Positions 34,573 to 47,909 are shown, counted from the first letter of the stretch. The stretch is 51,544 nucleotides of DNA from Phoronis australis (GCA_002633005.1 NMRA01000020.1:1159083-1210626); one strand, 5' to 3'. Numbers and translations: made by a program. The notes: generated by a model not told the origin, from the sequence alone.

Positions 34573-35608
34573 TGACAGACATCTTGTGATGAAAAGGCTA
34601 AACATCATTAAGCTTGGAAAAAAGTGGCAGTTTATTCCATCAACGTGTGATACAGCAAGAGGTGACCTTCCTCAACATGAAAGCTGGTTGCACGATTTCA
34701 TAAAAAACAGGACAACAGAGAAAATCGATTCCAACATTGGTCCCTCTCTCCGTGATCGACCCCTTAAGAATTTGTCTATAAAAACACGAAAAGGGAGGCC
34801 ACGTGAATGTTTCCTTATTGGCCCCCTTCGAGGGCTGAGTCCTGAATATGAAATGATCTATATTTGTAAAAAAAAACAGGAAATGTGCTGCAATTGATAT
34901 TATCTGTTAGGTCATCAATTTTTAATTGATTTGCATGTTGTCATACCTAACAAAAGACTGTGCTTGGCAGTTAACAAAGGAGCTACATGCTACCACACGC
35001 TCACAACCGCTCAATCTCTGGGAAAGACACTGAACGGGAGAACGCCATAATGAAGTTTAAAAACCTGTCATTCATTTGTATGATGACCCCAATGAGGTCA
35101 TTTTCCACAAAAGCGACCCGGGTCATATTTCAATATTACAAAGTTACCCGGGTTCAATTTTCCAAATTGAAAAGGCGGATTGGGACACCACGAATGTACC
35201 TACCACCTGAGTGTGTGGCACGTCTCCTGGATATACTGTATTTGCATCGAGCGACACGAATTAAATGACCAATTTGCTCGATCTTACTGGTTTCTCTCGC
35301 AGTGGAGTCGACAAGTGTGCAGCTGCTCAGGCCACTCGAGAATCTGCCACTGGTTGCAATCTTCTATTAGTTTGATATTTTCCCTATCGACTGATTGACT
35401 CTTACAACGCATGTAAGTGCTGCATCACATGTTTTTTATGTTTCTGAAAAAATCACTCTCCCCCTCTTTATGTGTTAGATGTCGCGCTTTGAAATGGGCA
35501 ATTTGCCCAGTTTGTTTACACGGCGATAAACCGTGTCACGTGACTAAAAACACTCTCCAATATGGCGTCAAGTTGTCAGGTGCTGTTATGCGTGCGCCTG
35601 ATCTATAG

Positions 35609-35826
35609 CATGCGCGCATCCAGCTTTGAAAGTGGGGGGCTCGAATTTCCGTGGACCTTTTGCTGACAAAAAAATCGCGAGGACTAAAAAAAACGGGTAC
35701 CACCCTTCAGGGCTGTGAACTGTGCGTCTGCATATTTTTAGTGAACTTTTGTCTCGTTTTCCAGGACTTTTTGTTTCTCTCGTTCGAGCCCCCCGAGCCC
35801 CCCCCCCCAAGCTGTGTGCGCGCATG
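35609..35826. mobile_element. MITE, 218 bp
   Basis: TIRs CATGCGCGCATCCAGCTT and (revcomp) CATGCGCGCACACAGCTT, with inner GGGGGCTCGAA mirrored. Flanks TATAG and CATAG. Confidence 0.75.
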
Positions 35827-36265
35827 CATAGTATTATATAACAGGCTACCTGGAATATAGGTCCACTGCCTAACAGTAGAGCATGGCTTTGTAGTCGAAT
35901 ATCTATGGTCCGGGTGATTTGCATTCTGGCGTGAGCAAAAGCATTGATTCATTATGTTTTTATAGAATTATCTTATCAATATTTCCATGGGGTGCTAGGC
36001 CAAATTGCACACAAAACTAGCTAATACATGGTTATGACTGATTGGCAAAAACAAAAAAACGATATGCTGTCATAAATCTGAAATAACAGTAAAGTTTTGC
36101 ACTCAAAGATCCGATGCATTATATGCTGGCACATTTGCATGTATGTTTACGTGTTCTAAAAAACGCGTTGTGCTCAGCCTATGAGGCGATGGCTTCATAT
36201 ATTTCGGGTACGGTTAATTAACTTCGCAAGAACTAGAACTGGGTCGAGTGAGTAACGTTAGTGCA

Positions 36266-36444
36266 GTGCGTGAACTTGGAATTGAATATTCATTTGCACA
36301 ATCAGGTGAACATTTTTGCTCAGCGTAAAAAATGCATGTTTCTAATTATTGACCTCATCATCACCCATTTGCTCCTTTATCGTAACTTGTGTCAAAGGAT
36401 CGGATTAATATAAATAAATTGATTATTGTTTGGTGAATAAGATC
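36266..36444 (+). repeat. Third, more diverged copy of an SLC46 intron-1 segment
   Basis: GTGCGTGAACTTG..CAATCAGGTGAA..TTATTGACCTCATCATCACCC..TTGTTTGGTGAATAAGATC aligns with ~14803-14996 and ~37393-37593. Confidence 0.75.
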
Positions 36445-36757
36445 TAGTTTACTACAGAGTTCATCAAAAAAATGTGTGGACGCACCGGATGGGTCGCTGA
36501 CTCAGCTGACAGCCTAAACAATTACTATAAACACAGATCATTTGCTAAAAACAAAGAAATAATATCAATAATGCTATCAAACTAACATACTAAGCAATAT
36601 ATATATCGTGAATATTACGGATTTCATGACAATAATTAAAGGATCTCATAATATCGAGCATCCAAAAGAAAATATCAAGCGGACTATAGTTGTCTATTAT
36701 ATAATTAGTGTTGATGACCTTTTGGCTGTTGGATCAGTCATGACTGGAGGTCGGCAA

Positions 36758-36869
36758 GTTGCAAAGTCCAGTCACCTGGGCAGATTGTCTGAAGGGTCGA
36801 TCGGCAGTAAATATTTTAATGTGCGTCTATTGAAGCTTGGGCTATAAGGGTTTGCGGTGCGATGTTGAA
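36758..36869 (+). promoter_or_regulatory. Putative promoter / non-coding exon 1 of SLC46 copy 2
   Basis: Homologous to 14105-14224, with donor GTAAGT at 36870. Confidence 0.55.
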
Positions 36870-38259
36870 GTAAGTATACTGTGTCGTAACAACATACTAT
36901 AACTGTGCTCATGGACCATCTCAGCTACGGTATACTGAGGTCGCACAGCCGCTTTGTTGGTTCACGAGAGACGCGGGCGGCAGTGCTGTTTACCGTTGTC
37001 AACAACAAAAAAAATTTATTGAGATCGCTTATGATTTTTAGAAGGACCCTTGATCAAATTACCGAGGTGATTTTCAGTGCGTCCGTCGTGAGACCAAATC
37101 AATCATAACTATAGCCTGTTGAGCCTGTGAGAAACGGCGTAAAGCCATTTAGGCCTATAATTCTTGCCTAGCCCAGAGATGACTTGTGAGCAGAATAAGG
37201 AACAAGATAACACCTATATTTTAAAAATAAGTGGACTGGCATCAAAACCTGTTGTTAACAGTAAATGCGTTGATGATTACTAAAACTCCCGTTATGGCTG
37301 TCCATCGGAAAGGAACTTGACCTATTTTAATGCCTTGATCGTAAGCCTTTACATCTTTTGGCTGTTGTCGGGAATGAAAATCATCCATCTGCTGTGCGTA
37401 AACTTGGAATCCTGCTTAATCTCAAAAATATTTGTTTGGGCAAGCATGTCAAATTTTTTGTTCGGTGTAAAAAAAATTTGTAATTATTGGCCTCATGATT
37501 ACCCCCTTTCCGCTTTATCGTATCTGGTGACAAGGAATGGGAGGAATATTTGAGTCAACGTTAAATCAATTGTTGTTTGGTGAATATAAGATCGCCAATA
37601 GTTGAAAAAAGATTGGTTAAAATTTATGTAATTTTATTATTAGTGCAATGCAAATTTTATCAACGTGGACGTAATTATTTGTTTGAACTTGTCCAGTTTC
37701 CTAGTGTATTCCAAGTTCACGCATACGCGATCTTGACTGGGATTAAAATTCCAAGTTCACGCATAGCAAGTCTATGGGAAATGGCCGAGGATTCGGTACC
37801 AGTTCATTTGTGTGACCAGTTAAATCTAAATCCACATCTCGTGCTTAAGGAGAAATGTTCGATTCTTTAACATCACGTTCAAACCAGGTGGTGAGAACTT
37901 TTTCACTGTTACAAGAAACCGTGTCATTGTCGCAAAAGCTCAACCCACCTAAGTGCAGCTATTATTAATTACTTTGTATTCGCTAAGACCTTGCTCATAG
38001 GCTTCAGTGTTGAATTGTGTTCTTGAATTTTGCCGGAAAATAGTTACCATCTGAAGTTCATTGAAAACGATACCAAACCTGGCCGCTTTCGGGCTATTAC
38101 TGAACTAGGACTTTCTCGGCATCCTGATCCAGCACGCTAACAAATAATATCGTCTCTACCACTCTCTTCAACTGTCACCACATCTAGAAGGAAAGAACAC
38201 CCGCCAAGAACCACAATATCTATCCTGTGACTCATAGAGTTTGTGCTGTTAGTTGAATC

Positions 38260-38412
38260 CTGCCTCCCGTTTAGTAACACTAGGTCCTCGCTAAAAAGCA
38301 AGACTTTGCGAGATAACGTGAGATATTGCCATGCTTTTTAAACAAGAACACGTGACTTTGACTAGGTTTTAGCTAGGTCCTAGCGTAAGTCCTAGCGTCT
38401 ACTGAACGCACG
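38260..38412. mobile_element. Small MITE-like insertion (copy 2 only)
   Basis: CGTTTAGTAACACTAGG and (revcomp) CGTTCAGTAGACGCTAGG. Absent at the paralogous site ~16570. Confidence 0.6.
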
Positions 38413-38818
38413 CTTGCTTTTATCACTCAATGGAGACACCATTGGTGCATTTGCGGGGGACACTTAGAACGAGGATTGATTGCAGTCATGAAAACACGGT
38501 TTATTATCCCTTTAAATCGTTCAATGCTTGTCACGGTGATAGTCTTGTAACGTCGCCGTATTTTGAGAGCCAGTTTAATGCCCGTTGTTCATTGGAGAAA
38601 ACTGGTTCTCAATATTGTCACTATATACTTTCACAGGTGCATCATCAGGTTGTAGTCGGATTGGTTAGCACTCACGATGCACCAAAGCGGATGCATAATA
38701 CATCAGCCGACTACTTTCTGAAAATTGTTTTGGCAACGCATAGTTTGCTATGATATAGTAAGAAATTATTTTTCTACCAACCCAATGCTAACTCTGTACA
38801 TGTTTTGAGATCATCTAT

Positions 38819-39408
38819 TAGTCCAGTCATTCTACGGATAACCCGGAAAAAATTGCAACAGAAGGTTTTATTGCATAAATCGTATCCTTTCATACCCCTT
38901 AGTGGGAAAAAAAAAGTCTACCGGAATTGGAGTGGCGGAAGTTGGTTTTTCAAGATGGCGGACAAAATGGCCGCCAGATTTTCTGATGCGCACTACAACT
39001 CAAGAGTGGAATGTGCTAGAGTAAAAATTCAAAAAGATTTACCTATGTTTTGTGGGTCAAAAAATCCATTGGAAATGGTTTTACATGGCTGTGGTGACAC
39101 CGTCCGCCATTTTCCAAGATGNGGCATCTTTTGATTGGTATGCCTGTTATGAAAAGTATATAATCATTGACAAACTTTATTGTTTTATTTTTAGCTGTTA
39201 CATAAGAGTAATATGCCAGAAAACAGTAATCACCGGTTTTGTCGGCCATTTTGTCGGCCATCTTGAAAAACCGAATTCCGCCACTCCGATTTCGGTAGAT
39301 TTTTTTTCTGACACCAAGGGATGTTTGAAGATGCCATTCATGCAAAAAAACCTTCTGTTGCAATTTTTTCTAGGTTGGGCCCTCTGGAGCCCTAGAATGA
39401 CTGGACTA
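38819..39408. mobile_element. Non-autonomous DNA transposon with TAG...CTA termini (Academ-like), copy 2 only
   Basis: Perfect 16-bp TIR TAGTCCAGTCATTCTA followed by >100 bp of imperfect inverted repeat. TAT duplicated at 38816-38818 and 39409-39411. Empty site at ~16955. Contains an N at 39122. Confidence 0.88.
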
Positions 39409-39500
39409 TATAGTGTACAACCATTGCGAGACTAATAATATTTGATCAATTTTAGGTTCTTTAACTTCCAACCGACGTCTTGCCCACTGTTTTGACGAGA

Positions 39501-40620
39501 ATGGCGCCGAAAGATGATGACGAAGCTCAACCGTTGTTGTTGTCAGTGGTCATGCAGAAGCCCAAGCGATCTATAGTTTTGGAACCTGTCGTCTTCATGT
39601 ACGCATTGGGATTGTTTGGTATGATACCAGTCGGTGGGCAGTATGTTTTCGTGCAGATAGGCAAGAAATACAATTATACACAGGCGGGAATTGGTAACGC
39701 CGACAATGGAAGTTTGTGTAGCGTGAATAAGTCAGATCCAACTTACGTGCTGCAGCAACAAATTGAAAGCGAAGCTGCTACACTTTCGCTGTACGCGTTA
39801 ATGGTGTCCTCCTTGCCGGCCATTATTTCGGCTACATACATTGGCGGCTATATCGACAAACGCGGTAGACGACCTGGAATTATCTTGCCTGCGTTTGGTG
39901 CCTTCGTCAATATTTTTGTCTATATTCCAGTTATTTATTTCGAAATGAGTATCTATTTTCTCTTGATTGGGTATTTTGTCAATGGTCTGAGCGGTTATTA
40001 CACAGTGTTCCTTTCTTCCGTATTTGCTTATATGGCCGACTGTTCGACCCCCGAAACGAGAGCACGGAGAATTGTGCTAGTTGAATTGTTACATACAGTT
40101 GGTTCTTTTATCTCCAATTTCGGCCTCGGCTACATGATAACCGGTGTCGGTTTTCTGTGGTCAGCCATATTGCTGTCAGGGATTCTTGCATTATCATTCA
40201 CGTATGCGTTGTTCTTTGTCCCTGAAACGATTGTCCAGCAACCAAATTCACCCATTGATATCGTCAGTGTACTACGAAATGGTCTCAAGGTGCTCCAAGA
40301 CGACAAGTCTACTCACCGCCCTGTCAAACTTCTACTGTTGTTGCTAGCACTTTGTTTCTTTTTTCTTGTAGTGGTGTCAAGTGCGACCATTGTGGGTTAT
40401 TTTTTGATAGACTCGCCTTTGTGCTTTTCGTCGTCTGAAATTGGTATTTATTCTGCAATTACTAGTTTAATTGTATCCATTGGAGTTGGTTCTGGCCTTG
40501 TTTTATTCTTCAAAGTGATGAAGTTAAATCACTTGACAGTTGTTCAGATAGCCTGCGTGTCATTTGTGGCACACTACATCATACTTGGCTTATCAAAGAA
40601 CCGATTTCTTACTTATCTAG
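39501..40620 (+). CDS. SLC46: SLC46 copy 2, coding exon 1
   Basis: ATG at 39501 (MAPKDDDEAQPLL), donor GTAAGT at 40621. Confidence 0.93.
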
Positions 40621-43600
40621 GTAAGTGCGTAATTTTTCTTTGTTAGAAAGAGTGACGTGGAGAATTTTGGTGTCACGTGGTGGCATCGTGAAGCGCAGAA
40701 ATTGTTGCCAAGCACCCTTTCGACTTGGTTGGACTGACTATACCGACATGGTATAGTTTCATGTCGTCCCTATTCTGAATTCTGTCCGTCGTCTTTTGCC
40801 ATAACACGGAAGTGAGGCTTATATTCGTTTTTAGTGCCTTACAGTATAATGGACACCTAGCCCCAATATCAAGAACCAAATTAATGCTAAGTGCTGACAC
40901 TGGAGGCTGCTTTTTGAAGAGTACCGGTATTTTGTCTTTTAACTAACCTGGCGAAAAATCGCAGTGTAGCGATGGCTTTGTCTGTTTGACGTTAACTGGC
41001 TTAAGTCGGAATGTGTACAGCGCCACGTCAAAAGACAGAAATGTTTATCCTGCCCGGGTGCAGGCTAAAAAGCAAAACCAAAAAAATCTACTCTTGGCGA
41101 TTTGTTGTCAGAAATCTGACATTTAGCTAAAATCAAAACAAGGCCTTGGTTTCGGCATGAAGTTTTGTATCTTTTTATGAATACTGAACTTCGACACGAA
41201 GTCTCAGAATGTAGACATTTGTCGTTCAATATGGCCGGGTGGTTTTAAGCGTTTTGGATACCTGGCATCTAATATTGAGTTAACGCAAGAGCCACGTTTG
41301 ATTTATACTCTACACTTCATAGTATCTATTGTACAAAGTCGATTCCATATGGATGGTTAGTTAAACCCGGTTTCAATCGGATCTAGACCAGGTTTAAAGA
41401 CAGTATGAATCTCAAAAAGGTGGTTTAACGTTTAGACCATTGCTCTAGTAAAACCTGGAAAATTCCAGCTTAAATCTGGTATAATCAGGTTTTCATTTCT
41501 CCATTCAGGTTTATAAAATCTCACATCAGGTTTAACTTTAAGACTGGTGAGGCTCAGTTTTAACAATATTCATAAGGCAGGTTTCCGGACATATGCATTT
41601 TTTCAGTCGTACAGCTGAAAGATGTTCAATAACCCTAAAAAGTAAGATTATGTGAGATAGTGTCGTGTATTTTCAACAAAAGTTGTCACCGTGGTGTCAA
41701 ACTGCACCGTGTAATTTTTTACACACAAATTTGCTCCCGATCATCTCTTTCCGTGTGACTTGACCTAAACGCAAAACTGTGGCAAGGCGGAGGAGATATT
41801 CTTTATTGCGCTTTTACAAAAACGCACATAACAGGTGATTATTTTAATTCCTACGAATTGTCAGTCAGCTGTTCCGTGCCTTGGCTTTTAACGTTTGATC
41901 AGTATTTATTTTGTCAGGAAATTGTCGGAATATTAGACACAGTTACCAGTCAAGAGTGCGTTCTAGTCATTTGCTAAAAATCATTGAAGCAAAACTCAAT
42001 GTCACGATAACGCACAGTAGGGGGAACAAGAAGCGCCATAACAACAACAACAACAACAGTTGTCAGTTGCACCGTGTTCGGGACGCACATTACTCGGCAT
42101 TAAAGTGGTTAGAAAACTAAATAGTGATACAATAAAGGTTTTAGTTATCACTCTGAAACCAGGACAGTCCGCAGACTGAGGAGGCTCAAAATCGGCTACA
42201 CTCGCTTAAGACGCCAGTGCGGGAGGGTCGAGTTTGTACAGCCTCAATTACGCAGTTTCCCTATAGGGCGAGGTCTAACTCGGTACCTACCGTCTTCACC
42301 TGCATCTCCATACCTGTCTTCATAATATGTATGTTTTCTTTGGAACTCTACCGCTGTACTGCCCAAACCTCTGCATCATACATGTACATCAGTATCGGTG
42401 TCACCATGCACTATTAAAAATGGTAAGAGCAGTCACAACATCTAAACCGCAAATATATATGTCAAATTGAATAAAGCTGTGAACTATCATTTTTGCCTTC
42501 GTAGCTAGTTCATCAGCATTTTAGCATACACAAGGCGTGATGAAAAAATGCTGCCAAAATACGTCTAAGATGGAAATATGTTTAATGTCCAATCATTTAT
42601 CAAAACTATTTCTCACACCTCTGTATTCCACAACTGTCAAAATGCGATACCACGCTCTTTTTGAGGTACACGAACAACGCTTCAAGTACCTTCTCAGTTA
42701 ATCTGTCAAAATTCATCAGGAAAGCTTTTCTCATAAGAGCTAGTGTCTAAATTCTGATTGTTATATAATTTTGCTTTTTTCATACATCATTGTATCTCTG
42801 AATATACTTGGTGTGTACTATGGGCCGGTGGCCTTTTATTTGAAAGAATAGACATAAAAATATGAACTTACTGTACTCTCAAGTTTTGCTGAACGTCATT
42901 TGTTCAGCAGGTGTCCCTAACATTTTCTCATTACATTTTGTTTTGCAGCTGTTGGTGTCAGCTTATTTCAGTACATGTGTGTTCCAGTCCTGAGGTCCGC
43001 TATGTCAAAGATGGTGCGTCCTACCGAACAAGGTGGGTTTAGTGTTTCGGTGCATTCATCTATTCTCTAAAAACAACAACCAATCTACCGTGTTACCAGA
43101 AGCGGTATCAGCATCAAAATTCAGTCGCAATCCATCTTTGAACGTGAAACTTTCACCAACATTTAATATTTGATTATACAAGAAATACAGTATTCTCACT
43201 TTATGGCTTGTTATTTTGTATCTGTCCGCGGTGGGAGTAAGCGTGATTTGTCTTGCTGTCATAAAGTGAATGTAGGTAAGAAAATATGTGTGTTCAATTG
43301 CAAATACAATCAATAGCGATTTTTGCTTATTACAGCAGCTTCAAGTATGAATTATATGGTTTGCACAAAATAAAAGAGTCCCTATTTCAGTTACTTACTG
43401 GGACCTTCGGACTTCTGATGGCTTGGGGGCACCAAACCCTTAATCCGGCCCTGCGTAATGCAACGAAAGAATAAAATCATAATATCTTTGTCATCACTAT
43501 TATTCGACCAGGGTAAATGTATGCCGCACCGTGAAAACAGTGCGGAAGAATATACTCTTTCACAGTGCTACGAAAGGTTGGTGGCGCTGTGTCAGAGGCT

Positions 43601-45252
43601 ATGCAGAATTAGAATACATAACGCTTTTGAAACATCCGTTTAAATTTGGCTTGTAAACATACTTGCTCACATTCAGGAAAAACGAATACAAGTTACAATG
43701 GTACCATCTGAGTGTTTGAATAAGTTGCATCGAAAAGTTCGCAAATGATGTGTTTTAAGCAATCGGATGTAGCCGGCACCGACTACATCAGGCCGTGCAA
43801 TGCATGTGACAATATAATGTACTACAGTGATAGCCGATCCACCGTCTACACCTTCCGTTTCTTAAGAGTTTGACCGTAATGAACAGAATGTTTGGCCAGG
43901 CGCTTGTACGTTTGTGAAAATTAATGCTCCTAACTAGTGGGCATGCGCGGAAAACTCCAGACGTCTTGCTCCTTACTGGAATTGAATGTGGTCAACATCT
44001 GTGCATTTACAGGTTCGTTGTTCTCCTTGATAGCTACAGTGGAGGGTATTTGCTCATTTGCCGGCAACTTTCTGTGGACTTTTGTCTACGAAAGAACTGT
44101 AACTTTCTTTAACGGTTTCACCTTCTTCTGGATGGCTGCTTTCGGTATAACGACATTCGTTATCGTTACGTGAGTAATAGTTTTCATTCACAGTTGCACG
44201 GAACATGAAAATGTAGTCTGTGGACTAATATGTAATTTGTGTCACGGTTGGCTCTGACAGTAGCTTGACTTTGTCCCTTGTGTCAAGAACTTGATGTTTT
44301 TCAGTCACATGATTATGCTTTGATGTGACTGACTGACGTAACAGACCTGTTGCCAATAATTTTATTCTTTCAAAAAGGCTTGCTTCCCCACCACATTTGG
44401 AAGAACACGAGAATACTTATCACATACAATTTTTAGTTTCGTCTAAAATCTTACTTTTCCATATGCTTGAAGGTCGAATTGCTTCAAAATATATCTCACG
44501 ATAATTGCATGTAGATAAAGACAGACAACGCCTATGTCCACAAAGGAAATGTTCTTTTCATGCAATACCCCCATAGAAGCTGGATTATGACTATCATGGA
44601 AGTTTTCTTAAAGTAGAACTTGCGCGCTAATTCCTTATTTCTGTGATTGCTTGGTCACATTAGATAGAAACACAACATATAGCGACGATGTGAATATGAA
44701 GTACGTTGGAAATTGCCAAATGTTTTCAAGAACGAGTTTTGTGTCGAAAATGATCCGCCGTAAATCACTCAATCGTGTCCGGTAAGTATCGTGATGTGGT
44801 GTTGTTTTTGGTGATATTAACAAATCAAGTGTCTTCTTTGTAAACCTAAAATGACTAGCTCATGCACAAAACCGTCGTCTTGGGACCACAAACTGAAAAA
44901 ATATTTTAAAAATCATTTTAGGTGCAATGCGTTCTAAACATTATCAGTCGCTTTTTGCAACAGGCGTTCTCCATAGTTTAAAAAAGTGCCAGTGGCCGTT
45001 TCCCGGACATGCCTTTGTTTTTAGCACTTATTGTTTGTTCACTTTGAGCACAGTAGTTGGTGATTAGGAGAAGTATTTTCGACCAAATCGAGCATGAAAT
45101 GCCTATAAACATATCGAGCATGAAACGCCTATAAACACGTTTATGTTTAGTTAGTTTGCACGTTGTTGTATTGTAGCATCCACAAGAGCATATTTCTTGA
45201 CAACCAGCAGCACCAGACTGATAGGAAAGAGAACGAGGACAAAATTCAGTAG
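39501..45252 (+). CDS. SLC46: SLC46-family MFS transporter (PCFT/SLC46A3-like), copy 2, 478 aa, spliced
   Basis: join(39501-40620,42949-43032,44013-44169,45177-45252) = 1437 nt. GT-AG introns and an open frame, with the same motifs as copy 1. Confidence 0.92.
42949..43032 (+). CDS. SLC46: SLC46 copy 2, coding exon 2 (84 nt)
   Basis: AVGVSLFQYMCVPVLRSAMSKMVRPTEQG between canonical splice sites. Confidence 0.92.
44013..44169 (+). CDS. SLC46: SLC46 copy 2, coding exon 3 (157 nt)
   Basis: TTTACAG| SLFSLIATVEGICSFAGNF...VIVT |GTGAGT. Confidence 0.92.
45177..45252 (+). CDS. SLC46: SLC46 copy 2, terminal coding exon
   Basis: TTGTAG| IHKSIFLDNQQHQTDRKENEDKIQ*. Confidence 0.75.
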
Positions 45253-46363
45253 AACAAATCAAGGTAATACGACGGTTCCGGATAGAAATCTCCTTTGCCC
45301 TGGAGGTAGGAAAACGCGTTGTGACATCGTGACATTGGTCCCATTTCAGAAATGTCAGTCAGGCTTATTCTCAAAAATCGTGTCGAAAAATATTGCATCC
45401 ACGGGAACTTCTCAAGTTCATCGACTTTCTGCTGTCGGAATTGCAGCCCACAACACAGCAGTAATACTTCGTTGGCATTGAAAGGTCGAATACACTTCAT
45501 GCAGACGAGAACTTGAAAAAGCAAGGCACCTACAAATAACACGAGAAACTCCAATGGAGCAAAACCGAGGCAAGAAAAGTGCTTGGCGGAAGAATTGTGG
45601 TAAATTGAAGTGTGGCTGTGCAATCTGGGACTTCCCTATCACGAGTCACCACAAAGCTATCACTGTGGTGAAGAGCCACGGGTTGTCCCATTCCTACTGA
45701 CAGTAAAAACTGTCATTGATTTCTGTCAGTACTTGAAGAAAGCGTACATTCCTTTTAACAGCCTGTGATCTCGGTTTATTTTGTACACCGCCGACTTTTG
45801 GCAAGCAATAGACAGATTAAAGAGCGCTTATGTATTTCAGACTGTGATAACTGCAATCAGTGTAACGGGGTTTTCAACTCCACGACAAGGTGGTTAATTG
45901 GTGGAGGAGTTCAACACAACGTTGTAAAAGTCTCTACATGTATATTGCACCATTACTGTATTCTGAGACTTAGTCAAGCGAACCCTTTAGCGGAACATAA
46001 TTCCAAATTCTTTCCGCAAAATTTTGATTCTAGTGAAATAAAGTAATATTTTTAATTGATATTTTTGCGTCTACATGTATGCGATGAATTTTCAAAATTC
46101 CACAAAAAGATGTGCATGAAACGTTTGTGAAGCGCTAAGCCAGACTTAAAGGCTCTCTTTGTGTTATTATTGCATTCATGTTCATGTATATATTTATATA
46201 CTTTCATGGACAATCATAACCATAAAATTTAATATATTCTTGCCTTATGTCAAAAATTGATCTTTACGCAGAATAGAATATTGGGGTTGTTAAAAACTTA
46301 CCATTGGTTAAAGCTTTAAACTAACTGAAGTACATTTAATGGCTTCCACCCGCCACACTCTTC

Positions 46364-46455
46364 TATGCACTGAGCATACACTCATGCACTGAGCATACAC
46401 TCATGCACTGAGCATACACTCATGCACTGAGCATACACTCGTGCACTGAGCATAC
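46364..46455 (+). repeat. 19-bp minisatellite, ~5 units
   Basis: Same unit as 26222-26496. Confidence 0.95.
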
Positions 46456-47019
46456 GCAGATTTTCTTTGATTTCTTATTGTTTTGCAGATTCTCTGACCA
46501 GTTTTAAACACTAATTAATAAACTTAAAGTTCATTAAGTCGAAAACTATTTGGCAAAGCTAAAGTGAAGTTGTTAACTAAAGGGTGCTTTAACATGATAA
46601 GGAGGATGACTTTACAAACAGCAAAAATCCGAATTCGTGCCTTGCCATAGATACAGTAGCGCTTAAGAGGCAGAAAGGATTTGCAAACCAAGCCTCTAAG
46701 GCAATCAACATGCCAAAAACGCCGCTGATAGAGTTAAAGTGAAACACTCTTGGAAAGTTTTGATACGACAAATTTATCTCATCGCCTCACAAAAATATCG
46801 CCGAAGTTACCAACAAGTTGTTGGTCTTATCATGAACAAGTGGACAACAAAACTGAGTGTTTGGAAAAAATAACTAAATTGTTGAGGATTTAATCCGTGA
46901 AGTGTAGGCTAACATTTTGAACTGTTTAGTTTGAAAGCATATTATGTTGATAGGGTATCGTTTGGGAATACGATTTGTTGAAGATGGTTTGCGTTAAAAT
47001 CATTTTCAAACGATCTTAA

Positions 47020-47909
47020 AGGAGCATGCCACCAAAAAACAACCTAATTTGTATCAATTTAGATCAAGTAGTTCTACTCGATAACGACACGTACGGTAGC
47101 GTTACCTGACACATGACAGCAGACGGAGGTGTTGAAATTATAAAATGATGTCATCGGTTCCACAAGCAGTCTGTTTAGCAGTTCACAACACTGGTTACTG
47201 GTGTCAGCTTATCGCTTGAAGTCATCGTTTAACACCAATAAATCACCAAACTTCGATGTAAAACCCTTGAAAATACATCGAGTTCTCATGAAAACGTGTT
47301 GTTTTATTACACTCTTACGGATTTATTGGTATTTGGACACACCGTAGCCTACAAAGTTCGGCAGGCCAATAAGGTCCGTAGCAGGAGTTTGGGGTCTTTT
47401 CGGAGATAATTTCGAAGTATTTTCCTGAGATACAGACAGGAGAACCTAGATCTGTGTTGCTTAGACTTGTGATTTTTTGAGTTATAAACACAAAACGCTT
47501 GTTATCATGGCCAGTGGCTCGGAAAGTGATCAGACATCACGAACATAAACCAGCCAAAGTTCAGTGGAAACTAAACTTCCAGTCAAGAAAATACTATACT
47601 AGTGAGCCAAAGTATGTGCACGTGATTATGTTGGTGAATTAGCCACGAAACTGCAAATCTACTTACTCGTCGGGTGCCACGAATTCACTCGGGTTCCGCT
47701 TTGGCCTCAGACAAACGGGAACGATGCACGGCAACATAGCGGCATTCACCCTGCATATGAACCACTGACGTCGCTAGCGTCGTGTCTCACCTTCCTCACA
47801 GGTTAACGCGACACCTCTTGGCAAAGTGAGGTCGACCGTATGCGAGCGATGTGGATATAAACCGATTAAGACGGCAAAAAAGCCTAATTAAATCGGGTGG
47901 CATTCTCTT
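47020..47909. mobile_element. Kolobok-like non-autonomous element
   Basis: TTAA at 47016-47019 and 47910-47913. TIRs AGGAGCATGCCACC and AAGAGAATGCCACC. Confidence 0.75.

Larger units (their letters stand above)
36758..46455 (+). repeat. Segmental (gene) duplication, copy 2
   Basis: Collinear with 14105-26496. Confidence 0.92.

Noticed and set aside
38805-39435. Similar ORFs on opposite strands (FFKMADKMA)
   Set aside because: They are by-products of the inverted repeats of the MITE.
14105-46455. The two SLC46 blocks as uncollapsed alleles
   Set aside because: About 13% protein divergence, many independent TE insertions and well-diverged introns far exceed the ~2% seen in the N-joined duplicate at 12287-14038. 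Read depth would be needed to exclude it fully.
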